A stretch of 64,000 nt of DNA, taken from NCBI GenBank assembly GCA_902534495.1, contig CACAQC010000002.1, positions 14,517-78,516 on the forward strand. Direction: 5' to 3'. The DNA is from an uncultured Candidatus Actinomarina sp. GTDB lineage: Bacteria; Actinomycetota; Acidimicrobiia; Actinomarinales; Actinomarinaceae. The notes under the pieces were generated by a model, which was given only the letters and a program-made list of their open reading frames with translations, was not told where the DNA came from and did no database searches. The position numbers and the translations under genes are program-made. This document shows, one piece after another, positions 28,321 to 37,894 of the stretch. Positions within the stretch are counted from its first letter, which is position 1. Each line of letters starts with the position of its first letter.

Positions 28321-28845
28321 ATGAATAATCAAAATTTAATCAATTTTAACTTTAGGCAATTAAAAACAATTTTAAGTCTGTACTTCTTTACCTTAGGAAC
28401 TTGCTTACTTGGCTTATCTGTGTACTTATTTTTAGAGTCTACTAATTTTTTAGAACAATCAATTACTACTTGGTCTGGTCAAAGTTTGTTTTGGAGCTTA
28501 CTAATATTTTTTGCTGCCTTGTTTTTACTATTTTTGCCAATTGAGTTTTTTAATTCTTTTAAATTTGTAAACAGCTCTTTTGCTGATTTAATAGCAAATA
28601 TTACATTTGCAATTCTTACTTCACTATTTTTTCTGATTTTTTTTCAAATATTATTACCAAGTAACACAATAATTTTACAAGAAGTTGTATCTCTCACCAG
28701 GGCAAACTCATTCTCTGGATTTATTGTGATACCAATATTAATTTTTATTTTAAACAATATTGAGCGAAAATTTTCAGAGCTTAGAAGATTCAGTTTTGGT
28801 ATTATTTTATTAGTTTGGATTTTATCTTCACAATTTTTTATTTAA
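28321..28845 (+). CDS. Hypothetical integral membrane protein
   Basis: About 5 TM segments; TATAAT 8 nt upstream of ATG. Confidence 0.65.
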   Translation: MNNQNLINFNFRQLKTILSLYFFTLGTCLLGLSVYLFLESTNFLEQSITTWSGQSLFWSLLIFFAALFLLFLPIEFFNSFKFVNSSFADLIANITFAILTSLFFLIFFQILLPSNTIILQEVVSLTRANSFSGFIVIPILIFILNNIERKFSELRRFSFGIILLVWILSSQFFI

Positions 28846-28854
28846 TTTAAACCA

Positions 28855-30492
28855 TCACATATTATCAACAGGCTGCAAACCCAAACATTGGAAAGTTTTG
28901 ATAATTGTTTCGTAAAACATATTTACAACAAACAATCTATGAGATTTCAATGAATCATTGATATTTTCATCAAATATTTTGTTGTTTGTATAAAACCTAT
29001 TAAATTCTTGACATAAATTATAAGCATATTCTGCCAAATGATGAGGTTCGTTTAAATTTAGGGATAAATTGAAATAATATTTGAATTTTATAATTTCAAT
29101 AAGAAGGTCTCTTTCAGTCCCTGAAACTGTTAAAAACTGATAATTGATATTGCTTTGTTCAAGTAGTCTCTTTGCCCTGACTTGAGAATATTGAATAAAT
29201 ATGGCAGATTTGCCAGATGTGTTAGTAAATTTCTCTAAATCAAATACATAATTGCCAGTTCTTTTTGTCACTAAGTCTGAGTATGTTAATACACTTTTTG
29301 ATAGCATTTTGACAGTTTTTTCATCTGAATTAATTTCACTAAGTTGTTTCTGGATATCAGTAAAAAGTTGCAATAATTTATAATTTTCCCCATCCCTAGT
29401 TTTTAATGGATTTCCATTTTTATCATTTACAGTTCCAAATCCGATATGAAGAAATTCAGATTGTGATAAATCAAAAAATTCTACAAGCTTAAATAATTGG
29501 TTAAAGTGATTTTTTTGTCTTTCATCAACTACATATATGTACTTATCTGCTTTGAAATTTTTTTCTCTATACAAAATTGTTCCAATGTCTGTCGTTAAGT
29601 ACATATACGAACCATCAGATTTTGTTATTAATGCTGGCGGGTCCTGACCGTCATTCGCAATTAATGCACCATCATCCAATACCGCTAGTTTTTCTTTTTT
29701 AATAAATTCAATGAAATCCGGTATTAGTAAAATTACATCACTTTCACCTAAATAATTATCAAAATAAAAATCTAAGTCATCCAAAATTGAAACAATATTT
29801 TTTGTCGAAATATCATAAATTGTTCTCCATTGATTGATTCTTGTTTCTTTACTTAAATTTAATTCTTTTGAAATATTTAAAGCAGTCTTATAAAATTCTT
29901 TATCTTCCTTTGAAAGCTTAGCTGCTAATGGGTAAATCTTTTCAAGATCATCGTGCTTTAAAGATTGAAAATCAAGGCTTTCTTTTTCAATAAAAGCTAT
30001 TATTTGAGCAATAGGCATACCCCAGTCTCCATAATGAATGTCACTTATAGTTTTGTATCCAGCAAAATCGTAAATATTTTTTAGAGACCTTCCAATATTG
30101 AGAGTTCTAATATGGCCTACATGTAATGATTTTCCTATATTGGCTCCACCAAAATCAAACATTACAGTTTGATTATTTTTCTTAATTTTTGATTGAAAAT
30201 AATCAAACTGATTCTCTAAAAGAATTTTTATATATGATTCGTGCAGTCGTAAACTTACAAAACCATTTTCTGAAATATCATAAGCTTCGATATTTTCATT
30301 GTTTTTTAATAATTTTGTAACTTCAGCAACAATTAAATCATATTCTTCTGATTGTCTGACACTTACTAAGTTATTTATCTGAACATCGTAATCTATATTA
30401 AAATCTGAGAATTTCACTTCTATTTTTTCTTCATAACCAAACTTTTCAAGTCCTATTTCTATTGGTTTTGAAATTTCAGTAAATAACGTCAT
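28855..30492 (-). CDS. argS: Arginine--tRNA ligase
   Basis: GGANIGKSLHVGHIR, GDWG, KSDGSYMYLTTD, LKTRDG, IQYSQVR. Confidence 0.95.
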   Translation of the reverse strand: MTLFTEISKPIEIGLEKFGYEEKIEVKFSDFNIDYDVQINNLVSVRQSEEYDLIVAEVTKLLKNNENIEAYDISENGFVSLRLHESYIKILLENQFDYFQSKIKKNNQTVMFDFGGANIGKSLHVGHIRTLNIGRSLKNIYDFAGYKTISDIHYGDWGMPIAQIIAFIEKESLDFQSLKHDDLEKIYPLAAKLSKEDKEFYKTALNISKELNLSKETRINQWRTIYDISTKNIVSILDDLDFYFDNYLGESDVILLIPDFIEFIKKEKLAVLDDGALIANDGQDPPALITKSDGSYMYLTTDIGTILYREKNFKADKYIYVVDERQKNHFNQLFKLVEFFDLSQSEFLHIGFGTVNDKNGNPLKTRDGENYKLLQLFTDIQKQLSEINSDEKTVKMLSKSVLTYSDLVTKRTGNYVFDLEKFTNTSGKSAIFIQYSQVRAKRLLEQSNINYQFLTVSGTERDLLIEIIKFKYYFNLSLNLNEPHHLAEYAYNLCQEFNRFYTNNKIFDENINDSLKSHRLFVVNMFYETIIKTFQCLGLQPVDNM

Positions 30493-30558
30493 AAATTTTC
30501 CTAAAGATTCTTTTCTTTACATAACATTAGCTTAGCTTTTGAGAATATAATGTTTTAA

Positions 30559-32076
30559 GTGGTATCAGATAAAATAAATATATATAAAAATCAAATTTTA
30601 GTATTTTTCATTATCTTTTCCGTTTATTTATCTCGAGTATTCAATCAATTGTTTCCGGCTAACTATCAACAAGACGATGTTTCTGAGCTGAGAGTAGTTT
30701 TCTATAATGATATATTTTGTGCCATTCGTTACAGTGGAGATAATCATCCGCTGTTAGCTTTAATTACTTGGAGTGCATCAAAAATTTTTTTAAATCCAGA
30801 ATATGTCATTTCATTCTTTATAGTTTCAACTACTATTTTGTCATTCTTTTTGATGTTTAAAATTCTTGATGAATCGTATCCAATCTATATTTCAATCTTA
30901 GGTTTGGTGATAATTTTATTTTCTCCAGTTATTTTGACATATTCTATATCTTTGAAACAGTATATATTTGAGCTGTTTGCATGTTTATATTCATTCCGTT
31001 TTGTTCAGCTTTATTTAAATAATAAAATTAAAAAAGGCCAATATTCAAGGTATTTGCTATTTTCTTCAGTTTTAGTTTTAATTTCTTTTGTAAATATTCT
31101 TCCCTTCATAATGACAATTATTTTCATTCTGTTCCATGACAAGAAATTAAGATTTAAACAGGTAGCTTTACCGTTATTTCTCTTATTGCCTTTTTCTACA
31201 ATGTTTATAGATAAGCTTCAAAGAGTGTCCGCAGGGGGCTATTGGGATAATTTTTTTCTTTCAACAAATATATCTTCACTGAACGTATTGTTAAAAAATA
31301 TTTATTTTTTAATTACTCTATTTGTAAAAAGCTTATTTATTGAAAATCTGCTATTACTAGCTCTTTTCCTTTTTTTTGCTTCTTTGATAATTCCATTTAT
31401 CACGAAAGAAAAATTGACACTGTATGCCTTTATTGGAATTATTATTTTATTTTTGATTTCAGCATTGAGGTTATATCCGTTGGGCGCTGGTAGAACTGAT
31501 ATAGTCTTTTTACCTTATTTTGTTTATTTGATTGCAGCCTTTTTACACTGGTTATCTCTCAAAACAAAATTGAATTACAACTTTTTATTTGTTTTGATAT
31601 CTGTTCTTTATATTTTAAATGGTTATCTGAATTCAAATGTTTATTATAAAGATGAGAATGTTGCTCCATTAATTGAGATAGTTGAAGAGGAGTTTAATAA
31701 TCAGGAGACACTTATTGTTGTAGAGAAAGAACAATATTCATCAATTCTTTATTATTCAAAAAATTTAGTTAATAACATTACAGTCGAGGACCTGAACAAA
31801 TGTTTGAAGACACTGCCAAATATTACAAATTTGTATGTCTCTTATGACAAAAATCTTTTTCAGAATTATTCTTCCATCCCAATAAAAAATCTAAAGAGCA
31901 GTCTTTTTAGTGATTTAAACAATAAACAAGTTTATTTAATAGGAATTGAACTAGATGGTACTGTAGGTAATTTTAGAGACACTATAAAAGAGTTAGAAGA
32001 AAATTTGTTTTATAAAAAAACATTAAAAAAATTTAGAAGTGGTTTAACAATTGGATATTTTATAAAAAATGGATAA
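30559..32076 (+). CDS. GT-C-like polytopic membrane glycosyltransferase
   Basis: QDD in first loop, NHPLL, SLKQY, YP...R motifs; many TMs. Confidence 0.65.
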   Translation: MVSDKINIYKNQILVFFIIFSVYLSRVFNQLFPANYQQDDVSELRVVFYNDIFCAIRYSGDNHPLLALITWSASKIFLNPEYVISFFIVSTTILSFFLMFKILDESYPIYISILGLVIILFSPVILTYSISLKQYIFELFACLYSFRFVQLYLNNKIKKGQYSRYLLFSSVLVLISFVNILPFIMTIIFILFHDKKLRFKQVALPLFLLLPFSTMFIDKLQRVSAGGYWDNFFLSTNISSLNVLLKNIYFLITLFVKSLFIENLLLLALFLFFASLIIPFITKEKLTLYAFIGIIILFLISALRLYPLGAGRTDIVFLPYFVYLIAAFLHWLSLKTKLNYNFLFVLISVLYILNGYLNSNVYYKDENVAPLIEIVEEEFNNQETLIVVEKEQYSSILYYSKNLVNNITVEDLNKCLKTLPNITNLYVSYDKNLFQNYSSIPIKNLKSSLFSDLNNKQVYLIGIELDGTVGNFRDTIKELEENLFYKKTLKKFRSGLTIGYFIKNG

Positions 32077-33151
32077 ATCAATTTTAGTTATATGCACTTC
32101 ATTAAATATGGGGGGTTCAGAAAAACAAGCTGTTTGGCTTTCCAACAAACTATCAGACAATGGATATAGAGTTTTTTTTGTTTCACTGAAGGATGCTGGA
32201 ATACTTTCGGAAACATTAAATTCAAATATAGTTGTAAAAAACTTTAAATTGGCAAAAGCAAAAAATGTATATTACAAAATGTTTTACTTTATTTTGGGCA
32301 TAATTCGTCTAATAAAACTTGTAAATAAATATAAAATTTCAAAAACTGTAACTTTTTTATTCCATTCAAACCTTGTTGGTAAAATTGTAAAGACTTTTAG
32401 CTTTCATAAAAATGTACATATTGCATCTTTTAGGTCAGATAGGCTCAGTAAGCGAGATTCAAATATTAGTAAACTAAGAACACTTATATTTCGAAATTTC
32501 ATATTAGATAACAACACAACTGTTGTTTTTAACTCAATATCTGGATCTAGCAAATTAAATCTTAAAAACACAATTCAAGAAGTTATATTTAATTTTCCTC
32601 TTAATCCTAAACAAGATAAAAATATTTTTGATAATAAATTTGTGTATATAGGGAGACTTGATGAGCTTAAAAATGTTCAAAATATAGTTTTAGGATTTAC
32701 AAAGTTAGAAACTCTGGATGCAACTTTAGATATCTATGGAAAAGGACCAGACTTTCCAAAAATTCAAGAAATTATTGAACAGCATTCACTTGAAGACAAA
32801 GTGTCATTAAAAGGAGTTGATGCAGACATCTCTAACAATCTCAATAATTATGATGCACTAATACTTGGTTCTACACATGAAGCATTTCCAAATGTAATAA
32901 TTGAAGCTTTTAATGCTGGTGTAATTCCCATATCAACAAATGTTGGTGATGTAGAGTGGCTCATCAAGAAAGAAAGAGGGATATTAATTGAGGGATTTAC
33001 ATCAAGTGAAATAGCTAAAAGCATGACGAAGTTTTTAGAACTAGATATTGAGTCAAGAAAAAAATATATCGCTAATGGTAGGAATTTTCTTATCAAAGAA
33101 TTGAATGAAAAGGATATTTTTAATCAATGGATAGACGTAATAGGAAATTAA
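32069..33151 (+). CDS. Glycosyltransferase family 4
   Basis: GGSEKQ, GRLDELKN, EAFPNVIIEA, TNVGD. Confidence 0.88.
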   Translation: MDKSILVICTSLNMGGSEKQAVWLSNKLSDNGYRVFFVSLKDAGILSETLNSNIVVKNFKLAKAKNVYYKMFYFILGIIRLIKLVNKYKISKTVTFLFHSNLVGKIVKTFSFHKNVHIASFRSDRLSKRDSNISKLRTLIFRNFILDNNTTVVFNSISGSSKLNLKNTIQEVIFNFPLNPKQDKNIFDNKFVYIGRLDELKNVQNIVLGFTKLETLDATLDIYGKGPDFPKIQEIIEQHSLEDKVSLKGVDADISNNLNNYDALILGSTHEAFPNVIIEAFNAGVIPISTNVGDVEWLIKKERGILIEGFTSSEIAKSMTKFLELDIESRKKYIANGRNFLIKELNEKDIFNQWIDVIGN

Positions 33152-33153
33152 AG

Positions 33154-33318
33154 CTAATCTTTTGAACTTTTTCTAACCTTTTTTAAAACTGAAAGTATGA
33201 AAAATTTTAAATTTTTAAAGTAGATTCCAACAGTAATTCCTGCCGCTAATAGTGCTTGAAACAAATAAGAACCTGTTCCTGGATCTAAATAGTGTAAATT
33301 TTCGCTAAATGGAATCAT
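33154..33318 (-). CDS. Small single-TM protein with YLDPGTGS motif (54 aa)
   Basis: Manual translation MIPFSENLHYLDPGTGSYLFQALLAAGITVGIYFKNLKFFILSVLKKVRKSSKD; below the ORF-track cutoff. Confidence 0.75.
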   Translation of the reverse strand: MIPFSENLHYLDPGTGSYLFQALLAAGITVGIYFKNLKFFILSVLKKVRKSSKD

Positions 33319-33343
33319 ATCTATACATTAATACTTATATCTT

Positions 33344-34441
33344 TTAATTGCTTGAATATAAATTGTAAGAATTTTGGATGATTTCATTTAAATCTTTAGA
33401 GCTAATTTCAAATTCAAAATTTGTAACTCTACTATTCATTAGAACAATTTTACTGATATCTGTTGAATCGAAGCTTTGTCCAAATAAATTTTCAAAATCC
33501 TCATTTAAATTTAAAGTGTTTAATATATTTCCAGATTCGATAATTAGATTACCTCCCGGCATTTTGTTTATTTTTTTGTAAAATTTTTTGATAATGCTTA
33601 CTACTGAAAATGCGCATGCAATACCATGGGGTATTTTATAAAGGCTTGTTAGAGGGTACGAAATTGAATGATTCAAGGAAGTTCTTGATATATTTATCGC
33701 CTGTCCTGACAAGTTAGAAGCTTCTAAAAGCTTTTCTCGAATATCTAAATTTGCTAAATCTTTTAAAACTAATGGGAGATATTTATTAATAATTTCTAAG
33801 GCTTTAATAGAAAGTTGAATTGACTCAGGTGTCTTATTTTTATTCCATAAACTATCTAATGAATGACAAAGGGCATCTAAGCATGTTGAAAGAGTAAGGC
33901 TTTTAGGAAGTGAAACCAGAAATTTAGGATTTAAATAGACAAAATCTGGCAACATTGATTCATCTTCAAAAGATAGTTTTTGTTTATTTTTTTCATCCCA
34001 TATTGTTGTAAATTTAGTACTTTCTGCACCACTCCCTGAAGTAGTGGGTATTGCAATACTTAAAACTTGGTTCTCATTATCCTTTTTTATTTCAGAAATA
34101 TCCGTTATTGTTTTTGTGCTTTCAGTCATACAAGATGAGTACAGTTTTGCAATGTCCATGGCACTTCCTCCACCGATTGATAAAACAAGACTATTTAATA
34201 ATGTCTTGTTCTTTTTTTTATTTAAGACTTCAGTTACTAAATTTAAATCTGGGTATTTATCAACTGTAAAGATTTCAACTTCATTAATCGGATTATGATT
34301 AAGTATTTTTACAAACTCAGATTCGTATCCTCTTTTTAAATTACCGCTTGAAGTAAAAATAATTGTATTGAACTCTTTATACGAGTTATTTAAGCCTAAA
34401 AAGTGATCTATAAAATCAGATTTAATTATTTGTTGGGTCAT
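33344..34441 (-). CDS. Phosphonoacetaldehyde reductase (iron-containing alcohol dehydrogenase)
   Basis: GGGSAMDIAK, IPTTSGSGAE, DALCHSLDSLWN, NHSISYPLT..IPHG; directly after ppd. Confidence 0.85.
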   Translation of the reverse strand: MTQQIIKSDFIDHFLGLNNSYKEFNTIIFTSSGNLKRGYESEFVKILNHNPINEVEIFTVDKYPDLNLVTEVLNKKKNKTLLNSLVLSIGGGSAMDIAKLYSSCMTESTKTITDISEIKKDNENQVLSIAIPTTSGSGAESTKFTTIWDEKNKQKLSFEDESMLPDFVYLNPKFLVSLPKSLTLSTCLDALCHSLDSLWNKNKTPESIQLSIKALEIINKYLPLVLKDLANLDIREKLLEASNLSGQAINISRTSLNHSISYPLTSLYKIPHGIACAFSVVSIIKKFYKKINKMPGGNLIIESGNILNTLNLNEDFENLFGQSFDSTDISKIVLMNSRVTNFEFEISSKDLNEIIQNSYNLYSSN

Positions 34442-35546
34442 TGTTGATTTTTTCCATAAAATTTCTCTTATTTTCTTCTGGCGTTTTATCCGGTCTTGAA
34501 AGATTTTTATCTGAGCTGTTTTGTACTTTAACCTCTATGAATGTTGGACCATCAAAATTTTCAATATTAATATGATCAAATTCTTCATAATTTTTTACGA
34601 TTAATACACTTTTGTAACCCAATGATTTAGCTAATCCGTTACTGTCAATTTGATCATAAATATTTGGTTGTCCACCAACAGATTCGTGAGAAGAATTATT
34701 AAATATTACATGGATAAAATTTTTCATGTTGCTTTGACCAATTATTCCAAGTGATCCCATGTGCATCAACAAAGATCCATCACCATCTAAACAAACTACT
34801 TTATTTTCATTTAAATTTTGATTGATACCATAAGCAATGGAAGAGGCATGCCCCATCCCTCCTACGACATATAAATCATTAGGAGTTTGCTCACTATTTT
34901 TTCTAATCTCATAAAGCTCTCTGGAAAGCTTCCCGGTTGTGGAAATATATAATGTTTTTTCATCAAATAGATCAAGAATCTTTTTTAATGCCTCATTCCT
35001 TTTTGGCAGTGAATTATTGTTTTCAAACACCCTCTCATCTTTTTCAAATGTATTTTTTCTTACGACTAATGCCAATGGGTAGTGAGAGTTGATACTTTCT
35101 CTTATTTTTTTTGTAATACTTTCTAAATCTGTATTGCTGTCAATAATAATGTAATCAATATCAAGCAATTTTAAGAGATCAAGGGTAATTTTGCCCTGAA
35201 AAATGTGCTGCGGTTCATCTTGTAAACCAGGCTCTCCTCGCCATCCAACTAGCAAAATAAATGGTATGTTGTAAATATCTTTATGTAATAGAGAAGTATA
35301 TGGGTTTACAAAATTTCCCAACCCTGAATTTTGCATGTAAATAAGCGGAATTTTATTTGTAGCTAAATTATATCCCATGCACATTGCGAGAGCAGATCCC
35401 TCATTTGTTGCAATAACATGATTTTTATCGTCAAAGTCAAAATGCAAGCTTTTGCTAAATTCTGACATTAATGAATCTGGCACCCCTGTATAAAATTCAA
35501 TACCAACTTTGTTTAGTTCATTAATAAAAGTTTTTGCGTTAATCAT
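34422..35546 (-). CDS. aepY: Phosphonopyruvate decarboxylase
   Basis: TGVPDSL, NEGSA, YMQNSGLGN, GWRGEPG.QDEPQH, STTGKLSRE, GGMGHASS, DGDGS, HESVGGQ. Confidence 0.93.
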   Translation of the reverse strand: MINAKTFINELNKVGIEFYTGVPDSLMSEFSKSLHFDFDDKNHVIATNEGSALAMCMGYNLATNKIPLIYMQNSGLGNFVNPYTSLLHKDIYNIPFILLVGWRGEPGLQDEPQHIFQGKITLDLLKLLDIDYIIIDSNTDLESITKKIRESINSHYPLALVVRKNTFEKDERVFENNNSLPKRNEALKKILDLFDEKTLYISTTGKLSRELYEIRKNSEQTPNDLYVVGGMGHASSIAYGINQNLNENKVVCLDGDGSLLMHMGSLGIIGQSNMKNFIHVIFNNSSHESVGGQPNIYDQIDSNGLAKSLGYKSVLIVKNYEEFDHINIENFDGPTFIEVKVQNSSDKNLSRPDKTPEENKRNFMEKINNDPTNN

Positions 35547-35549
35547 AAT

Positions 35550-36866
35550 TTAATCTGAAGGAATAAAATTTATGACTTCTTTAACACTCATCAGTTTCTT
35601 TTCTAGCTCTTGTGTTCTTCCAAATTTTAATATTTCTTCAGCAGTATTTAACATAGCCGGATAAGCACTACGCAAAAGATGATTAGCATAAATTACAATA
35701 TCAACACCTAATTTTTTGAATTCATCAAGTGTTATGTGATTGTAAGTTGTGGGAACAACTATCACAGGAACATCAAAATCTTTTTTAAAATTTTCAACAA
35801 ACTGAAATATAAGTTCTTCAGAGTTATCTTTACTATGAATTAATACACCATTTGCTCCTGAATCAGCATAACTTCTTCCTCTCAAAAGAGCGTCTTCTAT
35901 CCCTTTGCCAAGAATCAAACTTTCAATTCTTGCAATGACCATGAACTCATCTGTTTGTTTCGAATTAATACCAACCTTTATCTTTTCACAAAAGTTTTCA
36001 ATTGAATCCTGCTCTTGTTTTACGTCTGTTCCAAATAAAGAGTTTTTCTTTAACCCTTTTTTATCTTCGATTACAACAGCTGAAACACCCAAACGTTCAA
36101 GATTTTGTACAGTATAAGTAAAATGTTCTGGCTTACCCCCTGTATCCCCATCGTATATTATGGGTTTTGTCGTCACTTCCATAACTTCATTTAAAGTTGC
36201 TAATCTTGAACTAGTATCAACTGCTTCAATATCTGGCTTTCCCTTGGCAGTTGAGTCAGTTAAACTACTTGCCCACATTCCATCGAATTGAAGTTTTAAA
36301 TTATTCTTTTCGTAGGTAGCATTTTCTACAATGATTGCTGACAAAGCATTGTGTATATCCAGAAATGTAAGAGTATCTTTTATGTTAAGTGCTTTTTTAA
36401 GTGATTTTCTTCTATCTTCCGTTGTAATTGTTTTATCAAATTTATTTTTTAAAGAAGTAGATGAAATACCTTCTGTATAGGGTATTTCAATCAACTCTCC
36501 ACCCCATTCACTTAAAACTTTAATTACTTTTTTTCTAGTTTCTTTTTGAATTCCAGTCGTCCAATCATCACCATGCACAACATATTTTGGTTTTAAGGTT
36601 CTGAGGTTATCGGAATAATCTAGTGTCTCTTGCATAACGATGTTGTCTACATATTTAATTCCCTCAATTACTCTAAGTCTTTCTTCATAAGTCATTAAAG
36701 GAATTTTCTTGTATGATGCTATAGCTTTATCTGTCAGTAGACCCACAGTAACTTGTCCATATTCACTCGCTGTCTTTAAGATATTCATATGGCCTGGATG
36801 AATAATATCCGCACTCATGCCGACATATACTGAATGATTTTCCACGATATTACTACTATAATTCAT
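35550..36866 (-). CDS. aepX: Cytidylyltransferase-PEP mutase fusion
   Basis: N-terminal [11 protein letters not shown] (HxGH CTase), VHGDDW; PepM motif [10 protein letters not shown]; start uncertain (ATG 36866 or GTG 36845, not 36983). Confidence 0.93.
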   Translation of the reverse strand: MNYSSNIVENHSVYVGMSADIIHPGHMNILKTASEYGQVTVGLLTDKAIASYKKIPLMTYEERLRVIEGIKYVDNIVMQETLDYSDNLRTLKPKYVVHGDDWTTGIQKETRKKVIKVLSEWGGELIEIPYTEGISSTSLKNKFDKTITTEDRRKSLKKALNIKDTLTFLDIHNALSAIIVENATYEKNNLKLQFDGMWASSLTDSTAKGKPDIEAVDTSSRLATLNEVMEVTTKPIIYDGDTGGKPEHFTYTVQNLERLGVSAVVIEDKKGLKKNSLFGTDVKQEQDSIENFCEKIKVGINSKQTDEFMVIARIESLILGKGIEDALLRGRSYADSGANGVLIHSKDNSEELIFQFVENFKKDFDVPVIVVPTTYNHITLDEFKKLGVDIVIYANHLLRSAYPAMLNTAEEILKFGRTQELEKKLMSVKEVINFIPSD

Positions 36867-37892
36867 TCTGCTATCGATACTAACAACACATATAAAATTA
36901 TTTTTTTTGTTGAAAACCTTAGTCATTTTAGATTTGTTGAAAAACTTTTTAATTATTTTTACGAAAAAAATGCAAATATTCATTTACTCTGCTTAGATAT
37001 ACCTTTTGGAAACAGAACCTATAAATCTGATAATCTAACAATTCAAGTTTTAGATAGTGATTTAGAAAAAATTAAAGCTTTAAAAAGTCTTACCGGAGAC
37101 TTGTTTATAACCACAACACCAAGTATTGGTAATAGTATTTTCCCCAAGTCTTCAATGCCAAAAAATCAAAGGCCAACTTATGTTTATGTTTTTCATTCTC
37201 TAGTCAGCCCAAATGAAATGTACATAAAGGGCTCATTTGATGGCTTTGACATTTTATTATCTCCATCAGAGCTTATTTCAGAACAATTAAAACCTTTGAT
37301 TTCAAAAAATGCTCAAGTATTTACCACAGGCTATCTACTTTTCGATAATATTCAAAAATTTGAATATAAAGATAAATTTGTTAATGATGTTCTTATTGCG
37401 CCTACTTGGGGTTCTAAAGGTTTGGACGAAATAATTCAAAATATTGATAAAATTAAAAACTTTATTAATAGATTAAATTTTAAAGCTATTTTTAGACCTC
37501 ATCCAATGACTTCATTAGATGAACTTAAGAAAATACCCTTTGACATAGACACTGATAAAGACCTGAATAATTTACATTCATACAAGTATTTAATTACTGA
37601 TTATTCAGGCATTGCACTCGAATTTTTCTATCTTACAGGCAGGCCTATTATTTTTTTAGATGTTCCAAAAAAAATTAAGAGAAAAATTCCTGTTTTTAGT
37701 ATAGAGGAGAAGAACTATTTGTTAATTGAAAATGAGATGCGTAATGTGATTGGAAAAAGCTTTTCTATAAGCGATTTAGATAATCTAACCTCCTTTCCGG
37801 AAATTTTGGAAGATATTTCAAAAGAATTCATTTCAAAAGTAAATTTTTCAGACGAGTCTCTCGATAAAACTATTTCGATTCTAAATATTTAG
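36834..37892 (+). CDS. TagB/TagF-like CDP-alcohol phosphotransferase
   Basis: [29 protein letters not shown]...RPIIF; start uncertain. Confidence 0.75.
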   Translation: MIFHDITTIIHSAIDTNNTYKIIFFVENLSHFRFVEKLFNYFYEKNANIHLLCLDIPFGNRTYKSDNLTIQVLDSDLEKIKALKSLTGDLFITTTPSIGNSIFPKSSMPKNQRPTYVYVFHSLVSPNEMYIKGSFDGFDILLSPSELISEQLKPLISKNAQVFTTGYLLFDNIQKFEYKDKFVNDVLIAPTWGSKGLDEIIQNIDKIKNFINRLNFKAIFRPHPMTSLDELKKIPFDIDTDKDLNNLHSYKYLITDYSGIALEFFYLTGRPIIFLDVPKKIKRKIPVFSIEEKNYLLIENEMRNVIGKSFSISDLDNLTSFPEILEDISKEFISKVNFSDESLDKTISILNI

Positions 37893-37894
37893 AT

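Noticed and set aside
36867..36983. Long N-terminal extension of PepM given by the ORF track
   Set aside because: Overlaps the opposite-strand gene by 150 nt and precedes the CTase domain start
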